A stretch of DNA of 64,000 nt from Gammaproteobacteria bacterium (GTDB lineage Bacteria; Pseudomonadota; Gammaproteobacteria; GCA-001735895). The position numbers and the translations under genes are program-made. The notes under the pieces are model-generated. The model made no database searches. It was not told where the DNA came from and was given only the letters and a program-made list of their open reading frames with translations. Of this stretch, positions 7,230 to 14,115 are shown in pieces. Every line of letters begins with the position of its first letter. Position 1 is the first letter of the stretch. Where the stretch lies: the NCBI GenBank assembly GCA_050298595.1, contig JBNKUM010000085.1, forward strand, positions 160,001 through 224,000, written 5' to 3'.

Positions 7230-7571
7230 TTATCTGATTCCGGCTCCCTGACTTGCTGTTGATGAGGCAGAGCAGATATCTTCGGCCATGGGGAGGTCTA
7301 TAACAACACCCCAGTCTTTATTGGCTGCAAATGCGGTCATCACCATTGATAAAGCCGCTTTAGCTCTCTCGGCCCCCATATCTGATACTTTGAAATACAC
7401 TCTATCCCACTTACAGAAGCCTTTAATATCTTGATTATCCAAGTCGACTTCAAAGCTACCATCAGGTCCAATAGTTCGAACAGATGTTACTTTTCCCCAA
7501 TACCATGCATTAGAAGCATAGGAATTAGAGGCTGCAATTATCAATAATAAAGTGGTGATGATTTTCAACAT
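7230..7571 (-). CDS. Gene cassette A: small secreted protein, distantly similar to cassette B
   Basis: Signal peptide (SYA-S), two Cys, ALSMVMTAFAANKDWGV; GGAG RBS; bounded by GTTATAA and TTATAAC. Confidence 0.8.
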   Translation of the reverse strand: MLKIITTLLLIIAASNSYASNAWYWGKVTSVRTIGPDGSFEVDLDNQDIKGFCKWDRVYFKVSDMGAERAKAALSMVMTAFAANKDWGVVIDLPMAEDICSASSTASQGAGIR

Positions 7572-7589
7572 AAACTATTTCTCCAAAAT

Positions 7590-7634
7590 TTATAACAGAT
7601 GTATTAACGAGACTTCATGTCTCGTTATACATTT
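7590..7634 (-). other. attI-like recombination site heading the right cassette array
   Basis: Minus strand AAATGTATAACGAGACA-tgaa-GTCTCGTTAA-tacat-CT-GTTATAA; 36/42 identical to 2648-2689. Confidence 0.7.
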
Positions 7635-7790
7635 TAAAAAAGCATTAGTAAAACAGAGTCGACAAGAAAAATATATAATCACTTTAGCGTACGACACTCA
7701 TAGTCATCTCTACCATATTCCAAAGGAAACCAGAGCTATTTTTTTTTAATATAAAGTAAAAATACGGCAATGTAGTAATGGCCTACAAAA

Positions 7791-7835
7791 ATGGACAATG
7801 CATTAAGGATACTTATTGTTGACGATCATAGTCTC
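7791..7835 (+). pseudogene. N-terminal fragment of a NarL-type response regulator
   Basis: MDNALRILIVDDHSL, after which the frame runs into repeat DNA. Confidence 0.5.
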
Positions 7836-7852
7836 GACAGAGTAGGGTCAGG

Positions 7853-8004
7853 CCTGAATGGTACTTACTTAAGGCTGTTATGCTGTTCATTGCGAGGAAC
7901 TAGCGACGTGGCAATCCCTTTGGGCAGATGGTTTCAGCACGGTTTAGAGATCGCCGCGCTGACGCTCGCAATGACATTTTTCTCTTAAGCAAGCTCCATT
8001 CGGG
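7853..8004. mobile_element. 152-bp MITE-like element carrying a REP-like hairpin
   Basis: 21-bp TIRs (17/21 match) at 7853-7873 and 7984-8004; TCAGG direct repeat at 7848-7852 and 8005-8009; internal tcattgcgag...ctcgcaatga palindrome. Confidence 0.7.
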
Positions 8005-8203
8005 TCAGGCCTTAATGACACACATAAATATCCCAAATCAGTAACGACTGCTATTGGCACCAACTTGCCTTTTTGCACCGCACAACGCGAACGTCGGCTT
8101 TATCAACTAACTTTCCATTCCCTGCAAACTGTCAGGAAGGGTAGAAATGGGTCGACACTAGCCAAATAAGCTAAAACTACAAATATCGCCTATGAATTCG
8201 AGC

Positions 8204-8578
8204 GCAAGGTCTGGCCTTATATTTAGAGCCCAAGGATTAGTAGAATCAAAATCCACACATTTAAATTCAAATTTTTCCCTTATTAAGATTTCAAGCACTG
8301 CTTGAAATCTCTGTCTTTTAATCGCCCTTATTGAGTGCCGAAAATCGAGCCATTTTGCAGGGTCAGAGCACATAGATGTGCGATGAGGACAGTCGAGCGG
8401 GGATGCGAGTCTGTCCGTGTCTTGCAAAATGGCTTGATTTTCGGGAAGCCGCAGGCCACTCAAATCGGGCTGGCCTTTTTTGCGCCTCTTTTTTGGCCAA
8501 ACAAAAAAGGGGCTCGCACGCCTACTAGAAAGACACTACGAAGCAAGGAAAGCCCGGGCGTGTGAAACCATAATCCGG
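8204..8578 (-). repeat. Large structured repeat, right copy, inverted relative to 1996-2423
   Basis: 8560-8578 is the exact reverse complement of 1996-2014; long internal stem ccgaaaatcgagccattttgca / tgcaaaatggcttgattttcgg. Confidence 0.85.
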
Positions 8579-8659
8579 GAAGTTGCTAATTTTTCAAGAG
8601 AGATTACTTCACTACGTTTGTAATGACATAGCCAAAGGTTATGAAGTGGGTGAAAGCCC

Positions 8660-9856
8660 TTAAAAATACCTAGCCAATTCCACCAACAAATAATCATCCC
8701 TCTCATAAGCCTGTAACGGATCAGCAGCATCAATATCCGTAAAAACCTGCAACTCCCCACTCAACTTCCAGCTATCCCCCAAACGCCGACTGGCTTCCAC
8801 ACGCAGGGTCTTCGACTGGTTATCCGTATCCACTATCAACCCCGCCAGAACCTCACTACTTTGAACATCATTAAAAGCAAATCGAAAGCCCGTAAATAAA
8901 TCGTTATTAAACATCCCTGCCTCAGCTGCATCCCGATCATCATAGGAATACTCCATCAAAACACCAAAGTCGGTGTCTGTGTCCATTATTCCGTATAAGG
9001 TGTATTCAAACCCTGCCGTGGTGGCATTATAGGAGCCAGAGTCCTGTTCTCGATGTATGAACTCCCATTTCCACAACCAGTCTTCGACGATGGATTGCAA
9101 ATCGATACCAAATTGCTCGATAAGCGCATAGTAAGGTATCAACACCGGCTGTCCATTGCCATCCAGACCAATTTGCATTTCAGGCTCGCGATTGGTGCCA
9201 CTAAAATAGGAAAGACCTAACTCAGTATCACCAAATGCCTGCGTATACCGTAGCGCATAGTCAACATGGTTCTCCTTATCTGACGATTCAAAGCTTGCCT
9301 GACTATCATCAACCGGTAACGGAAATCTCAAACGTCCTTCTTTAGAGTGATACTCAGACTCTCGTAATCCGGGCAGGATAAAAACATGAAACACACCCCA
9401 GTCCTGAATAGTCGTGTAATGCAGCATTGGCTGGCCCAGTTTATCTTCACCATCTATACCCTCAACTTTGTCGATTGAATTGATAACATCCACCAGATGC
9501 TGTGATTCGGTAACCCCCCAGAACACGGTGTCTATTCCCACTCGCCATTCATCATTACCACTGAGGTGTAGCCATTTAAGTTCATGAATATCAGCATGTT
9601 GTCGATTATCATCTCCACCATCGGCTCGCATGAATAATTCTGCACTGAAGGCGTCGTCACCGTCGTTCCAGTCATGACTGACTTTAGGTTGAAAAGATAG
9701 CGACAAACTTTCATCCTGCTGATCCGGATACTGCCCATCCTCTGAGTAGAGCTGAAGCTCGGCAGCGATATTTCCCGAATACTCCCAGGCCGATGCTGTG
9801 CTTAACCACGCTGCCGTTAGGATGAGCGGCAGCATAGTTTTATTCGCTTTGATCAT
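8660..9856 (-). CDS. Predicted outer-membrane beta-barrel protein of the MMPL/LolA-like operon
   Basis: Signal peptide, VFWGVTES.HLVD.IN motif, C-terminal aromatic YF; overlaps the upstream stop. Confidence 0.75.
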   Translation of the reverse strand: MIKANKTMLPLILTAAWLSTASAWEYSGNIAAELQLYSEDGQYPDQQDESLSLSFQPKVSHDWNDGDDAFSAELFMRADGGDDNRQHADIHELKWLHLSGNDEWRVGIDTVFWGVTESQHLVDVINSIDKVEGIDGEDKLGQPMLHYTTIQDWGVFHVFILPGLRESEYHSKEGRLRFPLPVDDSQASFESSDKENHVDYALRYTQAFGDTELGLSYFSGTNREPEMQIGLDGNGQPVLIPYYALIEQFGIDLQSIVEDWLWKWEFIHREQDSGSYNATTAGFEYTLYGIMDTDTDFGVLMEYSYDDRDAAEAGMFNNDLFTGFRFAFNDVQSSEVLAGLIVDTDNQSKTLRVEASRRLGDSWKLSGELQVFTDIDAADPLQAYERDDYLLVELARYF

Positions 9857-10632
9857 CTTGCTCTTTTTAAGGTTTGTGAATTAAAGTCACCATCTTGCAG
9901 TCCTGTCCTGAATTTATAATTACTCCATTCCAGCTCAGTAGATTTGCCATTTTGATGATTCACCATCTGCATTTTTCCCGCACGCCAGTAGTGATCCAGA
10001 TACTGTTTGTAATCACTCGACTTTAGCGTTTTTAGTGGTTCATCCTTACGATCAAAGAAATCAATCTGAACCATTCTATAGGCCTCCTTATCGAGCCATA
10101 CGACCTGCCGCTTGTAGCCAGAATATTCATAGGCAGGAAAACGTTCGATGACATAGCATTGATATTCACCACAAGCTTCATCGCGCAGGTATTTGTAGCT
10201 GTATTTCTCGACTTCCTGTGAGCTGAGATCTTCGAATGCAAACTCACTGCCCATAAACGGGCCAGATTTGTTTCTTGAGCTGATGCGTTTTACTCGCTTT
10301 ATCGCAGGCAGATACAGCCATTGGTCATCGGGCTTTAAGCCGTGTGAAAAAGTCAGCATGGCGGTTCCTTTCACATCTGCAGGCTCATCAAAAATTGACA
10401 TACTTTTATCACCGTCACCTTCTACTTCTAGTGATCGAATTCTGATTTTTCTGGTGGAGGTGTCGCCCATTTTATTTTTCAACGTCATCTTCATATCAGC
10501 AATAAAGTCAACAAAGCCTTTATCGTAAGCCTTGGCATCCTTTGCAATCTGCAAGCCTTTTTCTTCTGCAGTTTGAGCATTTGCCAGAAGCGGCAGACAC
10601 AATACCGCTGCCATTAAAATCTTTTTAAACAT
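9853..10632 (-). CDS. Outer-membrane lipoprotein-sorting (LolA-like) protein
   Basis: PADVKGTAML, DDQWLYLPA.KRVKRISS, FMGSEFAFED. Confidence 0.88.
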   Translation of the reverse strand: MFKKILMAAVLCLPLLANAQTAEEKGLQIAKDAKAYDKGFVDFIADMKMTLKNKMGDTSTRKIRIRSLEVEGDGDKSMSIFDEPADVKGTAMLTFSHGLKPDDQWLYLPAIKRVKRISSRNKSGPFMGSEFAFEDLSSQEVEKYSYKYLRDEACGEYQCYVIERFPAYEYSGYKRQVVWLDKEAYRMVQIDFFDRKDEPLKTLKSSDYKQYLDHYWRAGKMQMVNHQNGKSTELEWSNYKFRTGLQDGDFNSQTLKRAR

Positions 10633-12922
10633 GTTTAATCTCCTTCTTATCCAGCGCCATCAATAATGGCGGTAACAGTAAAAAATCAGCTAACAAAGCA
10701 AATACAATGGTAGCAGCAGTCATCAACCCCATATCTGCATTCAGCGTAAAGGCAGATTTAGTCAGCACCAGAAATCCAAAGGCCAGTATCACCGAGGTGG
10801 CTACCAATGCCAGTCCAACCGTTCTAAAAGCGTAACGTGTTGCATCCTGCGGGCTAAGGCCTTTCTCACGCCGGGCACGCAGGTATTTACTTAGAAAGTG
10901 CACAGTATCATCAACCACAATACCTAGTGTCATCCCGGTAACTACCGATAAAGCGAGACCTACCTGACCCACTGCTAATCCCCATACTCCAAACGCCATG
11001 GCTGCTGGAATCAGGTTAGGTACCAGGCTGATCAGGCCAAGACGGAACGAACGTAAGGCTACAATCAAAATCAATGAAATCAGTACCAGTGCCACGGTAG
11101 TCCCCATCAACATGGCTCTAATATTTCTGTAACCGATATGACTAAACATCACTGCCGGGCTGGCACCAGCACTCCGCATTGACTCTGGTACATTATCTTT
11201 GAGCCATTGCTGTGCGCGCTCCTCAAGCGATAGTAGAGCAGTCGTCGATGTGTTATATAACATCACTGTCATTCTGGTTGCCGATTTATCCACATTGATC
11301 TGGTTATTCAGATCAAGGCCATAGGGCAGGGACATCTCATACAGCAGCAAGTACTGTGCCGCCAGATCTCGTTGATCAGGTATTTTATACCAGCTTTCAT
11401 CATCACCATGCATATTACGGTTGAGGCGCTTGAAGATATCGGTCAACACATTGACATGAATAACTTCTGGCTGGGCACGAAACCAGTTGGCAAACTTCTC
11501 CAGGTTGGCCAGAAACTCTGGATCACTCACCCCTCCATTCTCACCAGATTCTAACGCATAATCGATCAGGTAAAGGCCACTCAGGTTTTCCGAGGCAAAA
11601 TCTGCATCACGCCTGAATTCAATCTGAGTGCTAAAGTATTTGGTGAATTCATCGTTTAAATCATTCCTCGGGACAAAGCTAATCAGACCCACCGTCAACA
11701 GCCCCATTAAGATCAACAGACCTTTGCGTCTTGCAATAACAAACTCCGCCATATTGATCATTAATTTGCTGGAGCGGGTTTCAACTATATGCTCCTTAAC
11801 AGGTAGAATCATCATCAACGAGGGTAGAAAAGTAATGCTCAACGCCCAGGCGATAACCACGCCCATAGCCACGATATTACCCAGATCACGAAACGGCGGC
11901 GCATCGGAAAAATTCAGACTCAGAAAACCAATACAGGTGGTAACGGTAGTTAAAAATACCGGTTGCATATTGATGCGCAAGCTATCTACCATTGCTTCCT
12001 GTTTGCTTTCTCCCTGATGCATGGCGATCAGAAAGTTCATCAGTATGTGCACCGAATGCGCTATCGACATGGTGGGAATAATCATGATGGCGGAAAACGA
12101 GGGGGGTGTTAACGCTATTCCCAGCCAGCCCGCCATACCCATCGCGCCTACGATGGAAAAGATAATGACAAAAAAGGTGGTAATGGTCCCACTGAATCCC
12201 TTCACCCAGAAGAACAGTATGATGGCAAACACCAGAAACATAAAAGGTACCAGATGAGTCATGTCATAGATGCTGGCTTCAGGAAAAGCCTGGTTCATAA
12301 CGATGATGCCAGTGAGCTTGACATCGATATCGGGAAATTTCTGCTCAAACCTGGTACGCAGATCACGCACAAATTCGACCACCTGTGGATTCTCTTTTGT
12401 TAAATCAATTCCTTTTAATTCAATGGTGATATTCACCCCAGTGACATGCCCGCTTTTTGAAACCAGTCGATTCACCAGTAGTGGCTCATGTAGCGCGATA
12501 TCCCGCACTTCCTGCAGACGTTGGTCATTCAGTTCATCGTCTGCAAATACCAGATCCTCAACGATCAGGTCATCGCCTTCGGCATAGGTGTGCTGGAAGT
12601 TAGTTATTGAATCGACACGAGTTGAAAACGGTGTTTGCCAGGCCTGCTCGGTTAACCAGGTGATGGCCTTGAGTGTTTTTTCGGTAAACACATTGCCATC
12701 CTTCGGTACCAGCACCATCATTACGTTATCGTTTTTTGAATAGGTATCCTGTAGATTTTCAAACGCCAGTAACTGGGGGTTTTCCTTACTGAAAAAGGCT
12801 CGATAATCATTGGTAAAAGTTAAAAACTGAGCGCCATAACTCATCGTTAGCACTGCCAGTACACTGAGCATGACGGCCAGCCATTTAAAACGAATAACCA
12901 TCTCTGAATATCCCTTGGCCAT
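10625..12922 (-). CDS. MMPL/RND family transporter
   Basis: Two-repeat 12-TM layout; LGIVVDDTVHFL motif. Confidence 0.9.
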   Translation of the reverse strand: MAKGYSEMVIRFKWLAVMLSVLAVLTMSYGAQFLTFTNDYRAFFSKENPQLLAFENLQDTYSKNDNVMMVLVPKDGNVFTEKTLKAITWLTEQAWQTPFSTRVDSITNFQHTYAEGDDLIVEDLVFADDELNDQRLQEVRDIALHEPLLVNRLVSKSGHVTGVNITIELKGIDLTKENPQVVEFVRDLRTRFEQKFPDIDVKLTGIIVMNQAFPEASIYDMTHLVPFMFLVFAIILFFWVKGFSGTITTFFVIIFSIVGAMGMAGWLGIALTPPSFSAIMIIPTMSIAHSVHILMNFLIAMHQGESKQEAMVDSLRINMQPVFLTTVTTCIGFLSLNFSDAPPFRDLGNIVAMGVVIAWALSITFLPSLMMILPVKEHIVETRSSKLMINMAEFVIARRKGLLILMGLLTVGLISFVPRNDLNDEFTKYFSTQIEFRRDADFASENLSGLYLIDYALESGENGGVSDPEFLANLEKFANWFRAQPEVIHVNVLTDIFKRLNRNMHGDDESWYKIPDQRDLAAQYLLLYEMSLPYGLDLNNQINVDKSATRMTVMLYNTSTTALLSLEERAQQWLKDNVPESMRSAGASPAVMFSHIGYRNIRAMLMGTTVALVLISLILIVALRSFRLGLISLVPNLIPAAMAFGVWGLAVGQVGLALSVVTGMTLGIVVDDTVHFLSKYLRARREKGLSPQDATRYAFRTVGLALVATSVILAFGFLVLTKSAFTLNADMGLMTAATIVFALLADFLLLPPLLMALDKKEIKHV

Positions 12923-12927
12923 TATTA

Positions 12928-13578
12928 TTATTCCTCTTTTTTATGAATTAAATTGAGATATTGAATCAGACCAGCTCCACAACACTTTAGCTTATCAATA
13001 TCCTGTGAAATCATGCCTGCGCTCAGGCATCCCTCCATTGTTGCAACAATCATCACCGCAGCCTGCTGGGGGTTTACTTCATCAATAATCATTCCGGCTT
13101 GCTGTGCACGGGTAAATGAGCGAATAATCACGTCATACCATTGCTGATAAATACTATCCAGACGTAAACGAAACCCTTCATCGATTGGCGCCATCTCCTG
13201 CGCCAGGTTGCCAAGTGGGCAGCCTAGTTGAACATCCGCTATCGAAAAAGCATAACCCGCCTGTTCAATGAGCTCTATCAATGCCTCGATTGGATTTTCG
13301 GCATTTTCTAGCGGGCTTATAAAGCTGAGCAGGATACGCTTGGCAATCACCTCTTCTATCACTGCATAACCGAGCGCAGTCTTATTCGGAAAATGATGAT
13401 AAAGCGCACCTTTGGTGACCCCGGTACGCGCCAGAATACGATTTAAACTGGCAGCCTGAAATCCATTCACATGTATTTCCTTATACGCAGCAAACAGAAT
13501 TTTGTCTCGCGTATCAGGCTTTGCCTCATTTTCCAGCAGACGCCACCAATATATTTGTTTGTCGTCGTATTCTGTCAT
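12928..13578 (-). CDS. TetR/AcrR family transcriptional regulator
   Basis: GVTKGALYHHFPNK HTH; GCPLGNLAQE C-terminal motif; start placed downstream of the promoter. Confidence 0.9.
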   Translation of the reverse strand: MTEYDDKQIYWWRLLENEAKPDTRDKILFAAYKEIHVNGFQAASLNRILARTGVTKGALYHHFPNKTALGYAVIEEVIAKRILLSFISPLENAENPIEALIELIEQAGYAFSIADVQLGCPLGNLAQEMAPIDEGFRLRLDSIYQQWYDVIIRSFTRAQQAGMIIDEVNPQQAAVMIVATMEGCLSAGMISQDIDKLKCCGAGLIQYLNLIHKKEE

Positions 13579-13589
13579 ATCATGTCCAC

Positions 13590-13635
13590 CATACCGACCG
13601 GTATGTTTTATAATACCGACCAGTCGGTTTGTCAA
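13590..13635 (-). promoter_or_regulatory. Sigma70 promoter with two palindromic TetR-type operators
   Basis: Minus strand TTGACA (13635-13630)-17 bp-TATAAA (13612-13607); near-palindromes cataccgaccggtatg (13590-13605) and accgaccagtcggt (13615-13628). Confidence 0.8.
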
Positions 13636-13686
13636 TTATTATTTATATCGATAGCCATAAAAGTTTTAAAACTTCAGGGAACATCT

Positions 13687-14115
13687 ATGATCAATCAAGA
13701 TTTATCGGTAATCTTTTCAACCCATATATCAATACGCTGGGGAGATATGGATGCCTATGGACATGTCAACAATACGCTTTATTTACGATTTATGGAGGAG
13801 GCTCGAATACAGCTGCTGTTGCAGATGGGGTATCCACTGGATAACGATGAAGAGGGGCCTGTGGTCATCAATGTTCAAAGCACCTTCCTGCGACCGGTAA
13901 TCTATCCCGATACCCTGAACATAGACTGCTACGCCGCCGCCCCCGGCAACTCAAGCTTTATGACCTATTACAAATTATACAGCCAGCAACAGGATTGCCT
14001 GGTGTGTGAAGGCTCAGCCAAAGTGGTATGGATCAACAAGCAAAGCAACCGTTCAAGCCCACTGCCCGCAAGCCTGAGAACGATGCTGGAAGAGCAGGAT
14101 ATTAGCGCTGATTAA
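13687..14115 (+). CDS. Acyl-CoA thioesterase (4HBT/YbgC hotdog fold)
   Basis: IRWGDMDAYGHVNNTLYLRFMEEAR. Confidence 0.9.
   Translation: MINQDLSVIFSTHISIRWGDMDAYGHVNNTLYLRFMEEARIQLLLQMGYPLDNDEEGPVVINVQSTFLRPVIYPDTLNIDCYAAAPGNSSFMTYYKLYSQQQDCLVCEGSAKVVWINKQSNRSSPLPASLRTMLEEQDISAD

Noticed and set aside
8043-8163. Possible CRISPR array
   Set aside because: Units are too degenerate, only three are present and no cas genes are in the window.
8158-8565. ORFs 8158-8463 and 8335-8565
   Set aside because: They coincide with the palindromic repeat and are probably spurious.
13471-13686. Long N-terminal extensions of the thioesterase and TetR ORFs
   Set aside because: They overlap each other and the promoter/operator region; internal ATGs give normal-length proteins.
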